Assembly (NCBI GenBank): GCA_049975385.1
Contig: JBNGDO010000001.1
Span: 2,600-66,599 of the forward strand
DNA: 64,000 nucleotides
Reading direction: 5' to 3'
Source: Anaerolineae bacterium
GTDB taxonomy: Bacteria; Chloroflexota; Anaerolineae; B4-G1; SLSP01
Shown: one piece after another, positions 9,869-19,284 of the stretch
Numbering within the stretch: the stretch's first letter is position 1
Layout: every line of letters starts with the position of its first letter
Notes under the pieces: model-generated
Seen by the model: only the letters and a program-made list of their open reading frames with translations
Told to the model about the DNA's origin: nothing
Database searches by the model: none
Program-made: the position numbers and the translations under genes

Positions 9869-10041
9869 AATGATTCCTCCTTAAGCTGGGCTGGTAACCT
9901 ATTGTTTTATTATAGTTCAATGATGAAAGTGTGCAACCGGGAATACGTTTAAAGACGCTTGCGCGCCACCTCGTGTCGAGTGCGCCGGAATTGGTTCAGT
10001 GCATTGCCAATTGGAAGAAGGTGCCCCACACTATTAGCCTG

Positions 10042-10653
10042 TCACAGTCCCAGGTGTTGCATATCGTTCAATCTGTTCAACACCGGTCCAATACGCTGAA
10101 ATTCAACCTCTGTTAGCGAAGTGTTGCCCAGCGCGAACTGCCAGTAATCGCCCAGGGACTTATGCAGCAGCAGGCACAGCAGCGCCCGGATCGCGCCGCC
10201 GTGCGAGGCGATGAGCACCGTCTGCTCGGGATGCGCGCGCCGGATGTCATCAAGAGCCGCGTGGACCCGCGCTGCGAGCTGCGCCAACGTCTCGCCGCCC
10301 GGCGGAGCGTGGTGGACGCGGTCGGCATTCCACCAGGCTACCGTCTCCGGGAACGCGGCCTCCATCTGCGGATACGTCAACCCGTGCCATTCCCCAAAGC
10401 TCATCTCCCGCCAGCGCGGATCGAGGCGCACGTCGAGCGTGTGATGCCGCGCAATCGCGTGTGCCGTCTCCGCCGCCCGGCAGAGGTCGCTGGCGTAGAT
10501 CGCGTCCAGCGGCGTCATCGCCAACCGCCCGGCGATGGCCTCCGCCTGCCGCAGTCCCGCCGCGCTCAAGGGTACGTCGGTCTGTCCCTGATAGCGTCCT
10601 TCGGCGTTCCACGCTGTCTCGCCATGGCGGACTAAGAATAATCGTAAACTCAT
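10042..10653 (-). CDS. Histidine phosphatase family protein (phosphoglycerate mutase-like / alpha-ribazole phosphatase-like)
   Basis: The N-terminal RHGET.WN motif (LFLVRHGETAWN) and a later catalytic H (ASHGGAIRAL) match histidine phosphatases. Length is 203 aa. Confidence 0.8.
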   Translation of the reverse strand: MSLRLFLVRHGETAWNAEGRYQGQTDVPLSAAGLRQAEAIAGRLAMTPLDAIYASDLCRAAETAHAIARHHTLDVRLDPRWREMSFGEWHGLTYPQMEAAFPETVAWWNADRVHHAPPGGETLAQLAARVHAALDDIRRAHPEQTVLIASHGGAIRALLCLLLHKSLGDYWQFALGNTSLTEVEFQRIGPVLNRLNDMQHLGL

Positions 10654-10919
10654 ATCAATCCTTCGAAAACATAAGCGGATTATACATAAAATCTGGCGAA
10701 TGAGTATTTTCGCCGGAAGCGGATTGCCAATTTCAGATAAGCGTGTTATATAAACGCTAGTACAGCAAGGCGCAAGTTCTTTCCCGCATAGGGGTACTCA
10801 GAGGGGATCGGCAGATTCCCGACGTCTGCATATAGCCGGTGATCTGGCGATCCCCTTGAAGCTATAAATCAGGATGGGATTTACGCCGCGCCGTAACATG
10901 CATTTTTTAGGAGGCAATC

Positions 10920-12263
10920 ATGACCGGTATCATCATTCAATGGGTTCGTACTGCGCAGGGCGCCGGAGAACGTCTGAAGCATCAGATCCCCCTTCGGTTT
11001 GTAGATCAGCCTGCGCCTGACCTGGCGTCTGTTACGGTGGACGCCGGCACGCGTTTCCAAACCCTCGAAGGGTTCGGCGGCGCGTTCACCGAGGCGGCAG
11101 CGGTCACGTTGTACAAGATGCCGCCGGAGCAGCAGGCCGAAATCCTCAAGGCGTACTTCGATCCCCAGGCGGGACACGGCTACACGCTTTGCCGGACGCA
11201 TATCAACAGTTGCGACTTCTCGCTGGGTAACTACGCTTACGACGAGGTGGATGGCGACGTGGAACTCGTGCATTTCTCCATCGACCGCGACCGGCAAGCG
11301 TTGATGCCCATGATCAAGGCAGCGATGGACGTTGCGGGTGGGGGGCTCAAGCTCTTCGCCTCGCCGTGGAGCCCGCCCGCGTGGATGAAGACCAACGGCG
11401 AGATGAACCACGGCGGCAAGCTCAAGCCGGAATACCGCGACGCCTGGGCGCGCTACTACTGCCGCTACATTCACGAGTACGAGAAAGCGGGGATTCCCAT
11501 CTGGGGCCTGAGCGTGCAGAATGAGCCATTGGCAGTCCAGACCTGGGATTCCTGCATCTACACGGGCGAGGAGGAGCGCGATTTCGTCCGCGATTACCTC
11601 GGCCCGGCGCTGGAACGCGAAGGGCTGGCGGACGTCAACCTCATCATCTGGGACCACAACCGCGACCTGCTCTACGAACGCGCCAAAATCGTGCTGGACG
11701 ATCCGGCGGCGGCGCGCTACGTGTGGGGGACAGGCTTCCACTGGTACGTCGTCGATGCGTTTGACAACGTGCAGCGGGTGCACGATGCCTATCCCGATAA
11801 GCACCTGCTCTTCACCGAAGGTTGCCAGGAAGGCGGGCCGCATCTTGGCGAGTGGGCCGTGGGTGAGCGCTACGCCCGCTCGATGCTCCACGACCTCAAC
11901 CGCTGGACGGTGGGGTGGGTGGATTGGAACCTGGTGCTGGACGAGATCGGCGGGCCGAACCACGTGGGCAACTATTGCAGCGCGCCCATCATCGCCGACA
12001 CGCGCACAGGCGAAGTGCTCTACCAGTATTCCTACGACTACATCGGCCACTTCTCGCGCTACATCCGCCCCGGCGCGCAGCGCATCATCGCCGCGCCGAC
12101 GTGCGACGAATTGGAAACGACGGCGTTCGTCAATCCTGACGGGCAGATCGCCGTCGTCGTGCTCAACCGCACGGAGAAGGATGTGCCCTTCGCGCTCAAG
12201 TTCGCCGGGCAAGTCGCCGTCACCGACAGTCCGGCGCACTCGATCCAGACGTATTGCTGGTGA
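10920..12263 (+). CDS. Glycoside hydrolase family 30 (glucosylceramidase-like O-glycosyl hydrolase)
   Basis: FGGAFTEAAA, SPWSPPAWMK and SVQNEP are GH30 catalytic-region motifs. The RBS is aggagg, 6 nt upstream of the ATG. Confidence 0.8.
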   Translation: MTGIIIQWVRTAQGAGERLKHQIPLRFVDQPAPDLASVTVDAGTRFQTLEGFGGAFTEAAAVTLYKMPPEQQAEILKAYFDPQAGHGYTLCRTHINSCDFSLGNYAYDEVDGDVELVHFSIDRDRQALMPMIKAAMDVAGGGLKLFASPWSPPAWMKTNGEMNHGGKLKPEYRDAWARYYCRYIHEYEKAGIPIWGLSVQNEPLAVQTWDSCIYTGEEERDFVRDYLGPALEREGLADVNLIIWDHNRDLLYERAKIVLDDPAAARYVWGTGFHWYVVDAFDNVQRVHDAYPDKHLLFTEGCQEGGPHLGEWAVGERYARSMLHDLNRWTVGWVDWNLVLDEIGGPNHVGNYCSAPIIADTRTGEVLYQYSYDYIGHFSRYIRPGAQRIIAAPTCDELETTAFVNPDGQIAVVVLNRTEKDVPFALKFAGQVAVTDSPAHSIQTYCW

Positions 12264-12265
12264 TG

Positions 12266-12365
12266 GGTAATTGGAGATTGGGAATCAGTAATCAGTAATC
12301 GGGGATTGGGAATCAAGCTGGCGTCTTTCCCAATCCCCAGTTACCAGTTGCCGATTACCAATCCC
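12266..12365. repeat. Palindromic intergenic element built from 7-nt modules (GGGATTG/GGAATCA/GTAATCA ... CCCCAGT/TACCAGT/TACCAAT)
   Basis: The left arm ggtaattggagattgggaatcagtaatcagtaatcggggattgggaatc and the right arm ccaatccccagttaccagttgccgattaccaatccc are near-perfect reverse complements around a 15-nt loop. It fills the GH30-methyltransferase intergenic space exactly. Confidence 0.85.
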
Positions 12366-12375
12366 TACACTTGTT

Positions 12376-13026
12376 ATGGAATGTCCTTTATGTCTACACT
12401 CAGAGACGGAACGCGTGCAGGGACCGGACGCGCGCCGGTACTATGTGTGCGACACTTGCGCGTTGATCTTTGTCGATCCGGCTCAGCATCTATCGCCGGA
12501 TGAGGAGCGGGCGCGCTATCTGCTTCACCAGAACAGCCGGCAGGATCATGACTACGTGGCGTTTCTGAACCGGCTTCTCCGGCCGCTGTTGCCGTATCTC
12601 GATGCCGGCGCGCGTGGACTCGATTACGGCTGCGGCCCTGTGCCGGTCTTGTCGCATTTAGCGCGGGAGCAGGGTATCGTCTGTGACGATTACGACCCGT
12701 TTTTTGCGGACGGCGCGCTAAATCCACCTTATGGCGTGGTTTTCGCCTCTGAGTGTTTCGAACACTTTCACCGCCCGGCAGCAGAGATGGCGCGCATACT
12801 GGCTTTGTTGCAACCGGGTGGACTTTTGGGGATCATGACCGAACGCTGGACGACGCCGGCGGCGTTTGCAGGGTGGTACTACGCGCAGGCCCCGACGCAC
12901 GTGTGCTTTTATCACGCGGACACGTTCGACTTTCTGTGTGACCGCTTTGGTTTGACGCCCATGTGGCGAGATGAGAAGCGTGTCATCATCCTCCGGCGCA
13001 ATGTGGCCGGAGTGCGTGAACAGTAG
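12376..13026 (+). CDS. Class I SAM-dependent methyltransferase with N-terminal Cys4 zinc-ribbon
   Basis: The N-terminus has CPLC...CDTC. A GCG-containing SAM-binding loop (LDYGCGPV) and an acidic residue after beta2 follow. Substrate is unknown. Confidence 0.55.
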   Translation: MECPLCLHSETERVQGPDARRYYVCDTCALIFVDPAQHLSPDEERARYLLHQNSRQDHDYVAFLNRLLRPLLPYLDAGARGLDYGCGPVPVLSHLAREQGIVCDDYDPFFADGALNPPYGVVFASECFEHFHRPAAEMARILALLQPGGLLGIMTERWTTPAAFAGWYYAQAPTHVCFYHADTFDFLCDRFGLTPMWRDEKRVIILRRNVAGVREQ

Positions 13027-13176
13027 TTACGTACTTATGAACACGAACAAGGATTCTTACCGCGGAGCACGCAGAGTTCGCAGAGTTTTTATGCTTTTTC
13101 TCTGCGTGCTCAGCGATCTCTGCGGTGAAAAAATAAGGGCCGCGCAATGACTGTGTGAACATCAAGGAAATGAGGT

Positions 13177-14265
13177 GTGTCAATGAGCTTGTTATTCAAT
13201 CCTGGCGCCTTTGGTGCATTGAGCTTGCCCAATCGTCTTGTGCGTTCGGCCACTGCGGAGCGCATGGCGGACGATGACGGCCATCCGCTGCCTGAACTTG
13301 CTTCCCTGTACCGCGACCTGGCGCGCGGCGGGGTGGGGCTGATCATCACCGGGCACATGTACGTGCATCCTGCGGGACGGTGTCATCTGGGCATGACGGG
13401 CATCTACGACGACGCGTTGATCCCCGGACTGGCGGCGCTGGTCGATGCTGTGCATCATGAGGGTGGCAAAATCGCCGTGCAGATCAATCACGGCGGGATG
13501 CAATGCGCCCGCGAGAGCGTCGCCGGAACCATAGCGCCCTCGGCGGTGGACGCGTCGTTCCTGCTGCAGCCCGCGCGCGAGATGACGCCGGACGAGATCG
13601 CCACCGCCATCGACGCTTACGCGCAGGCGGCCCGCCGCGCTAAAGCTGCCGGGTTCGACGCGGTGCAACTGCACGGCGCGCACGGCTATCTGATCAACCA
13701 GTTCCTCTCGCCGTTCGTCAATCGTCGCTCCGACGCGTGGGGCGGTGATCTGGAGAATCGGATGCGCTTCCTGCGCGCTGTTTGTACGGCAGTGCGTGCC
13801 CAGGTTGGGCCGGATTACCCGCTGTTCATCAAGTTTGGGATGGTGGACGGCGTCGAGGGCGGCCTGACGCTCGCTGAAAGCGTGCGCGTTGTGGCGGGGC
13901 TGGCGGAGATGGGCCTGGACGCGGTCGAACTCAGCGGCGGGATTACCGCAGGGACCATCCAGAACTCCAAAGCGGGCGTGCGCGCCCCTGAGGATGAGGC
14001 CTACTTTCGCCATTTCGCGCAAGCGGCGCGCCCTGTCACGTCTTTGCCGCTGATGCTCGTCGGCGGTTTCCGTTCGCGGCAGGTGATGGACGATGTGCTG
14101 GACTCTGGCGATGTGGACTTCATCTCGCTGTGCCGTCCGCTCATCGCCGAACCGGACCTTCCACTGCGTCTGCAAGCCGGGCAAACCCGCGCCGCCTGCA
14201 TCTCCGGCAACCGTTGTTGGCCCAAAGCGGAAGGCGAAGGCATTGCTTGCCGGTGTTTGGATTAG
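13177..14265 (+). CDS. Old Yellow Enzyme family NADH:flavin oxidoreductase
   Basis: HGAHGYLINQFLSP...NRRSDAWGG and the overall TIM-barrel layout are typical of OYE / 2,4-dienoyl-CoA-reductase-like flavoproteins. Confidence 0.85.
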   Translation: MSMSLLFNPGAFGALSLPNRLVRSATAERMADDDGHPLPELASLYRDLARGGVGLIITGHMYVHPAGRCHLGMTGIYDDALIPGLAALVDAVHHEGGKIAVQINHGGMQCARESVAGTIAPSAVDASFLLQPAREMTPDEIATAIDAYAQAARRAKAAGFDAVQLHGAHGYLINQFLSPFVNRRSDAWGGDLENRMRFLRAVCTAVRAQVGPDYPLFIKFGMVDGVEGGLTLAESVRVVAGLAEMGLDAVELSGGITAGTIQNSKAGVRAPEDEAYFRHFAQAARPVTSLPLMLVGGFRSRQVMDDVLDSGDVDFISLCRPLIAEPDLPLRLQAGQTRAACISGNRCWPKAEGEGIACRCLD

Positions 14266-14280
14266 CTTTCAGCGGTCAGC

Positions 14281-14390
14281 TATCAGCGATCAGCGGTCAG
14301 CCGGAACGGTAGGTGTTGGCGCATGGTTCAACCACCAAACCACCAAACCACCAAACCACCAAACCACCAAACCACCTAACCACCGAACTG
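14281..14390. repeat. Two adjacent short tandem repeats in the nagB 5' region: (TCAGCGN)x5 then (ACCACCAA)x5
   Basis: Reads cagcggtcagctatcagcgatcagcggtcagcc followed by caaccaccaaaccaccaaaccaccaaaccaccaaaccacctaaccaccgaac, directly upstream of the nagB RBS aaggagg. Confidence 0.85.
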
Positions 14391-14412
14391 CTACTGTGAT
14401 AAGGAGGACACA

Positions 14413-15153
14413 ATGAATCTACACATCTACAAGACAAAAGATGATATGGGCATGGCGGCGGCAGGGCAGACGGCGCAGTGGCTCAACGCGGCGATTGCGG
14501 CGCGTGGAGAGGCGAACTTGATCCTTGCCACAGGCGCGAGCCAGTTTGAGATGTTGGAAAGCCTCGTTCTTCAGGACGTGGATTGGTCGAAGGTGACGGT
14601 CTTCCATCTGGATGAATACATCGGGTTGCCTGAGACACACCCGGCAAGCTTCCGCAAGTATCTCAAGGAGCGTTTCGTGGATAAGCTGCCAGAGTTGCGG
14701 ATGTTCCACTACGTCAACGGCGAGGCCGCCGATCCGGCCGCCGAATGCGCGAGATTGGGCGCCCTCATTGCCGCGCATCCCATCGACGTGGCGTGCATTG
14801 GCATCGGCGAGAACGGGCACCTGGCGTTCAACGATCCGCCCGCCGACTTCGAGACCGAGGAACCCTACATTGTCGTGGACCTGGACGAGGCCTGTCGCCG
14901 CCAGCAGTTGGGCGAAGGCTGGTTCCCCACGCTCGCGGATGTGCCCGCGCAGGCGATTTCGATGAGCATCCGGCAAATCATGAAGAGCGCCGCTATCGTC
15001 TGCACCGTCCCCGACGCGCGCAAGGCGCAGGCCGTGAAAGGCGCGGTCGAAGGCCCGGTGACGAATCTGCATCCCTCGTCGATTTTGCAGCAGCATCCGC
15101 AGTGCGACCTGTTCCTCGACGAACCGGCAGCGGTACTTTTACGTAATGCGTGA
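14413..15153 (+). CDS. nagB: Glucosamine-6-phosphate deaminase
   Basis: Motifs [13 protein letters not shown] and [13 protein letters not shown]. Length is 246 aa. Confidence 0.85.
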   Translation: MNLHIYKTKDDMGMAAAGQTAQWLNAAIAARGEANLILATGASQFEMLESLVLQDVDWSKVTVFHLDEYIGLPETHPASFRKYLKERFVDKLPELRMFHYVNGEAADPAAECARLGALIAAHPIDVACIGIGENGHLAFNDPPADFETEEPYIVVDLDEACRRQQLGEGWFPTLADVPAQAISMSIRQIMKSAAIVCTVPDARKAQAVKGAVEGPVTNLHPSSILQQHPQCDLFLDEPAAVLLRNA

Positions 15154-15170
15154 TGGTTGAGAGGGCAATT

Positions 15171-15200
15171 CACGTATCACGAGTCACGCATCACGCGAAA
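15171..15200. repeat. Heptanucleotide tandem repeat (CACGNNT x4) in the nagB-nagA spacer
   Basis: Reads cacgtatcacgagtcacgcatcacgcg. If translation were to start at the upstream TTG it would encode YHESRIT. Confidence 0.8.
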
Positions 15201-15213
15201 AGGATGTGTCAAG

Positions 15214-16200
15214 GTGAATTATCGCTCTGGTTTTGTGGATTTGCAGGTCAACGGCTTTCTGGGCGTGGATTTCTCCAGCCCAGACTTGACCGAAGTAGAT
15301 TTCGTCCGCGCGTGCCGGGCGTTGTTGGCGCAGGGGACGGCAGCGTTTTTGCCGACGGTGATCACCAGCTCACTCGATGCCTATGCCCATAATTTGCCGT
15401 TGATGGCAGAGGTGATGGCGCGCGAAGAATTCGCGTGCGAGGAATTCCAGGGCCGCCTATTAGGCTTTCACCTGGAAGGTCCTTTTATCTCACGAGTGCC
15501 GGGTGCGGTAGGCGCACACAATCCGGCCTACGTTCGCGATCCCGATACTGCGCTGCTGGAGCAACTGCTCGGTTGGACAGATGGGCGCGTGCGCTTGCTC
15601 ACACTGGCGGCAGAATTGCCCGGCGCGGATGACCTGGCGCGCTGCGCCGTAGAGCGAGGGATCGCCGTCTCGATCGGACATTCGCTCTACACGACTGACG
15701 ATCTGGACCGGCTGGCGGACGCTGGCGCGACGGCGCTCACGCACTTCGGCAACGGCGTACCAAACGTACTGCCGCGCCACGACAACCCTTTGTGGGCCGG
15801 AGTGGCGCACGACGCGTACACGGCGATGTGCATCACGGATGGGCATCACCTGCCTGCGCCGGTGATCAAGACGGTGGCGCGGGTCAAGGGCGCGGACAAG
15901 TTCATCGTTGTCAGCGACGCGTCGCCGGTGGCGGGATTGCCGCCGGGCCGCTATCATTTTCTGGATAACGACGCGATCCTGGAGCCTTCAGGCCTTTTCC
16001 ATAACCCAGATAAACAGTGCCTCGTGGGCTCTTCAGCAACGATGCGACAGTGTATGGCGCACTTAGCCAGCCTCGGAGAACTTTCCATCGCCGAACTGCA
16101 TCAAGTGAGCGTCACGAACCCCCTAGACCTTATCGGCATTGACTACAATGTTGATGGAACGCCAGAATGCTTGACAAATCACCAAGTCACGCTAGAATGA
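15214..16200 (+). CDS. nagA: N-acetylglucosamine-6-phosphate deacetylase
   Basis: DLQVNGFLGVDF, GFHLEGPFIS and a later HxxNG match the NagA amidohydrolase. The start is most likely GTG 15214, which follows aaaagga. The longer TTG-initiated ORF (15157) only adds repeat-encoded residues. Confidence 0.8.
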   Translation: MNYRSGFVDLQVNGFLGVDFSSPDLTEVDFVRACRALLAQGTAAFLPTVITSSLDAYAHNLPLMAEVMAREEFACEEFQGRLLGFHLEGPFISRVPGAVGAHNPAYVRDPDTALLEQLLGWTDGRVRLLTLAAELPGADDLARCAVERGIAVSIGHSLYTTDDLDRLADAGATALTHFGNGVPNVLPRHDNPLWAGVAHDAYTAMCITDGHHLPAPVIKTVARVKGADKFIVVSDASPVAGLPPGRYHFLDNDAILEPSGLFHNPDKQCLVGSSATMRQCMAHLASLGELSIAELHQVSVTNPLDLIGIDYNVDGTPECLTNHQVTLE

Positions 16201-16322
16201 ATTCCGTTCTGAGAGTTTACGAGTATTGATGATTATGCGACCAAACGCAGTGCAAATTTACGATATTCTGGGTGCGAAGAAGCCGGACCGCTAGGTCCGG
16301 GAATTTGTGCTGAACGAGATCG

Positions 16323-16366
16323 AACCGGCCCTAGTCAAAGACAAAGACTAGGGCCGGTTTTTTTGT
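16323..16366 (+). terminator. Rho-independent terminator after nagA
   Basis: Stem aaccggccctagtc / gactagggccggtt with a 9-nt loop, followed by TTTTTTT. Confidence 0.8.
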
Positions 16367-16380
16367 TTCCGAGGAATAAT

Positions 16381-16479
16381 ATGATACATCAGCAGTTGCC
16401 GTATGCGGGTAAAGTCATCAAGGTCAAGCGCGATAAGCCAGACAATGTCTGGATAGCTGCGTTTGCCCAAGACAATTGA
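16381..16479 (+). CDS. Candidate leader peptide (32 aa) with a cluster of 4 Lys codons: MIHQQLPYAGKVIKVKRDKPDNVWIAAFAQDN
   Basis: The ATG is preceded by gaggaa. It has AAA..AAG..AAG..CGC..AAG within nine codons. Its stop lies 13 nt before the terminator hairpin and 95 nt before the homocitrate synthase ATG. Confidence 0.35.
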   Translation: MIHQQLPYAGKVIKVKRDKPDNVWIAAFAQDN

Positions 16480-16492
16480 GGGGGTGTCACAA

Positions 16493-16530
16493 GGCCAGCT
16501 TCCAGATAACGGAGAAGCTGGCCTTTTTTG
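16493..16530 (+). terminator. Intrinsic terminator / putative attenuator hairpin upstream of homocitrate synthase
   Basis: Stem ggccagcttc / gaagctggcc followed by TTTTTT. It lies between the leader ORF and the homocitrate synthase RBS aaaggagagaggg. Confidence 0.7.
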
Positions 16531-16573
16531 TTGTGGCAAAGGTTTCGAATAATCCAAGAAAGGAGAGAGGGAC

Positions 16574-17710
16574 ATGGCATTGGATCAGTTTGCTATCATT
16601 GAATCGACGTTGCGTGAGGGGGAACAGTTCGTGGGGGCGAGCTTTACCACCGCGCAGAAGGTCGAAATCGCGCGGCTTCTGGACGCGTTCGGCGTGGAGT
16701 GTCTGGAGCTGACGTCGCCGTTGGCATCTCCGCAGAGCTACGAGGATGCGAAGGCCATCACGCGACTGGGGCTTAACTGTCACGTGCTGACGCACGTCCG
16801 CTGCCGGATGGAGGATGCCAAACTGGCGCTTGAGACAGGCGTGGACGGACTCGACGTCGTCATCGGAACATCGTCGATGCTGCGCGAATTCAGCCATGGC
16901 AAGGAGATCGACGAGATCATCGATCTTGCGCTTGAGGTCGTCGCGTTTGTGCGCTCGCAGGGGATTCGCGTGCGCTTCAGTACCGAGGACTCGTTTCGCA
17001 GCGACGCGCGCGATCTCTTCCGTATCTATGAGGCGGTGGACAAGATCGGCGTGCATCGTGTAGGGATTGCGGATACGGTAGGTGTTGCGACGCCGCGCCA
17101 GGTCTACGAGCTGGTTCGCGAACTGCGTCAGCGTGTCACCTGCGACATCGAATTCCACGGGCACAACGACGCTGGCTGCGCCATCGCCAACGCCTTCGAG
17201 GCGCTCGATGCTGGCGCGACGCACGTGGACACGACGGTCCTCGGTATCGGCGAGCGCAACGGCATCACGCCGCTGGGGGGATTGATCGCCCGGCTGTACG
17301 CCACCAATCGGGCGTCGGTCGCCAAGTACGATCTGCCGCTTTTACGCGCCATCGACAACACGGTCGCACAATTTGTGGGTGTGGATGTGCCCTTCAACAA
17401 CTACATCACCGGGATCGCGGCCTTTACGCACAAGGCGGGCATTCACGCCAAGGCGATTCTCAACAACCCGGAAACCTACGAAATCCTCGATCCACAGGCC
17501 TTCGGGTTGACCCGCTACATCAGTATCGCGCACCGTCTTACCGGCTGGAATGCGATCAAAAACCGCTCGGAGCAACTCGGCCTGGCGCTGGACGACGATC
17601 ACATCAAAGCGATCACCGCGCATATCAAGGCGCTCGCCGACGAAAAGGCGCTCTCGCTGGATGACGTGGATGCGTTGCTGCGCCGTTGGGCAAATGGTGG
17701 GGGTGGGTAG
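16574..17710 (+). CDS. Homocitrate synthase (alpha-aminoadipate lysine pathway; LeuA/NifV family)
   Basis: Motifs [44 protein letters not shown] and [11 protein letters not shown], at 378 aa (too short for LeuA). This is the architecture of Thermus-type homocitrate synthase. Confidence 0.85.
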   Translation: MALDQFAIIESTLREGEQFVGASFTTAQKVEIARLLDAFGVECLELTSPLASPQSYEDAKAITRLGLNCHVLTHVRCRMEDAKLALETGVDGLDVVIGTSSMLREFSHGKEIDEIIDLALEVVAFVRSQGIRVRFSTEDSFRSDARDLFRIYEAVDKIGVHRVGIADTVGVATPRQVYELVRELRQRVTCDIEFHGHNDAGCAIANAFEALDAGATHVDTTVLGIGERNGITPLGGLIARLYATNRASVAKYDLPLLRAIDNTVAQFVGVDVPFNNYITGIAAFTHKAGIHAKAILNNPETYEILDPQAFGLTRYISIAHRLTGWNAIKNRSEQLGLALDDDHIKAITAHIKALADEKALSLDDVDALLRRWANGGGG

Positions 17711-17722
17711 GTGTAGGAGCAA

Positions 17723-17756
17723 ACAGGGCGTTTCTGCGATCGCAGAAACGCCCTGT
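17723..17756. terminator. Bidirectional terminator (perfect 34-nt palindrome) between convergent homocitrate synthase and cNMP-binding genes
   Basis: Reads acagggcgtttctgcgatcgcagaaacgccctgt and contains a GCGATCGC core. Confidence 0.7.
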
Positions 17757-17790
17757 GCATTGTGAAGAGATGGACTAGATGGAAGATGGA

Positions 17791-18222
17791 CTACATAATG
17801 TCCAGCACGCGGCTGAAGCGGGCCGCCAACTCTTGCAGCACGGCGACAGCCATATCTGCATCTTCACGGAGCAGGCCGAGGAAATCCCATCGTGTCAGGA
17901 CCAGGCAGCACGTTGGCTCGGTCGCCACGACCGAGGCAGTGCGCAGCCGCTCGGTCAGCAGCGCCATCTCGCCGAAGAAATCGCCTACTTCGAGTTCGTG
18001 TAGGGTAACCCCTGTCCCATCCAACTGTTCGCGGATAACCTCGACCTGGCCTTCTATGATGACGAAAAATCCTTCACCGCCTTTGCCTTGCGTGACGATT
18101 GTCTCACCTGGATCATACGTGCGCTCGACGAAGCGTTTCCCCACTTGTTCGATCTGCCGCCGGTTCAGCCCGCGGAACAGCGGCGTGCGTTGCAAGACGA
18201 TCAATCTATCAGCGACAGCCAT
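17791..18222 (-). CDS. Standalone cyclic-nucleotide-binding domain protein (143 aa), paralog of 9431..9868
   Basis: LFRGLNRRQIEQVGK...GDFFGEMALLTERLRTASVVATE has the same domain-only architecture as the first copy. Confidence 0.85.
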   Translation of the reverse strand: MAVADRLIVLQRTPLFRGLNRRQIEQVGKRFVERTYDPGETIVTQGKGGEGFFVIIEGQVEVIREQLDGTGVTLHELEVGDFFGEMALLTERLRTASVVATEPTCCLVLTRWDFLGLLREDADMAVAVLQELAARFSRVLDIM

Positions 18223-18223
18223 A

Positions 18224-19270
18224 TCACACCCCCTTCAGTTTTAGCTCTTCGGCGCGATGACACGCCACGAAGTGATCCGGCTTGAGTTCGCGGAATTCCG
18301 GCGTCTCTATTTCGCATCTTTCTATAGCATAGCGGCACCGGGGATGGAAGTAACAGCCTGACGGTGGGTTGGAAGGATCGGCTACGTCACCCTGCATGAT
18401 GATGCGCTCGGATTTGTACAGCGGGTCGGGCTTCGGCACCGCCGACATTAGTGCCTCGGTATAGGGATGCAACGGGGCGTTGTAGAGCGCGTCGGACTCG
18501 GCCATCTCAGCAATCTTGCCGACGTACATCACCGCGACGCGATCGGAGATGTGCTGCACGACGCTGAGGTCGTGAGCAACGAAGACAAACGCGAGGTTGA
18601 AGTCACTCTGCAAGTCCTGCAACAGATTCAGCGTTTGTGCCTGGATGGAGACATCCAGCGCTGAAACCGGTTCGTCGCAGAAGATGATCTTGGGATTCAG
18701 CGATAACGCGCGCGCGATGCCGATGCGCTGGCGCTGCCCGCCGGAGAACTCGTGAGGATAGCGCCGGATGTGCTCGCGGCGCAGCCCCACCCGTTCCAGC
18801 AGGTTGATCACCGTATCTTCCATTTCCTTACCGACCTTCATCCCATGAATTACCATCGGCTCCGAAACGATATCGAAGACCGACATCCGAGGATTCAGCG
18901 AGTTGACGGGATCCTGAAACACCATCGAAATCTCTCGCCTGACGCGTTTCATCTGGTCTTTGCTAAGATCGAAGAGATTGACAACCTCCTCGGTGTTGCC
19001 AGGCGAGAGAGCGTCGGTTTTGTAATACGCGGCACCGCCGGTAGGTTCGTAGAGGCGGATTACCGTCCGGCTGGCTGTGGTCTTCCCGCAGCCACTCTCC
19101 CCTACGAGACCCAGCGTTTCACCTCTGCGGAGGTAGAAACTGACATCGTCCACGGCCTTTACATTGCCCACGACCTTTCTAAGGAGTCCCTTCTGGATGG
19201 GGAACCACTTCTTCAGTCCCTGCACATCCAATAGAATCGTGTCATCGTTAGTTATCATGCGTTCAGCCAT
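18224..19270 (-). CDS. Oligopeptide/dipeptide-type ABC transporter ATP-binding protein (OppF/DppF-like)
   Basis: Walker A GESGCGKTT, signature FSGGQRQR, and the C-terminal oligopeptide-ABC extension CYFHPRC. Confidence 0.85.
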   Translation of the reverse strand: MAERMITNDDTILLDVQGLKKWFPIQKGLLRKVVGNVKAVDDVSFYLRRGETLGLVGESGCGKTTASRTVIRLYEPTGGAAYYKTDALSPGNTEEVVNLFDLSKDQMKRVRREISMVFQDPVNSLNPRMSVFDIVSEPMVIHGMKVGKEMEDTVINLLERVGLRREHIRRYPHEFSGGQRQRIGIARALSLNPKIIFCDEPVSALDVSIQAQTLNLLQDLQSDFNLAFVFVAHDLSVVQHISDRVAVMYVGKIAEMAESDALYNAPLHPYTEALMSAVPKPDPLYKSERIIMQGDVADPSNPPSGCYFHPRCRYAIERCEIETPEFRELKPDHFVACHRAEELKLKGV

Positions 19271-19284
19271 GTTTGTTCTACCTC

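Noticed and set aside
9931-10116. 61-aa ORF in the cNMP-gene promoter region
   Set aside because: It overlaps the 3' end of the histidine phosphatase gene on the other strand, has no RBS and no motif. It is probably spurious.
10881-12239. Long antisense ORFs inside confidently assigned genes (e.g. 10881..12239, 13192..14184, 16487..17224, 27543..28301, 28416..29105, 31793..32743, 36467..37981, 43715..45127, 50867..51889, 57355..58203, 58390..59706, 2072..2791, 5819..6523)
   Set aside because: They have no recognisable motifs, Arg/Ala/Gly-rich compositions typical of shadow frames in high-GC DNA, and they completely overlap genes with strong family signatures on the other strand.
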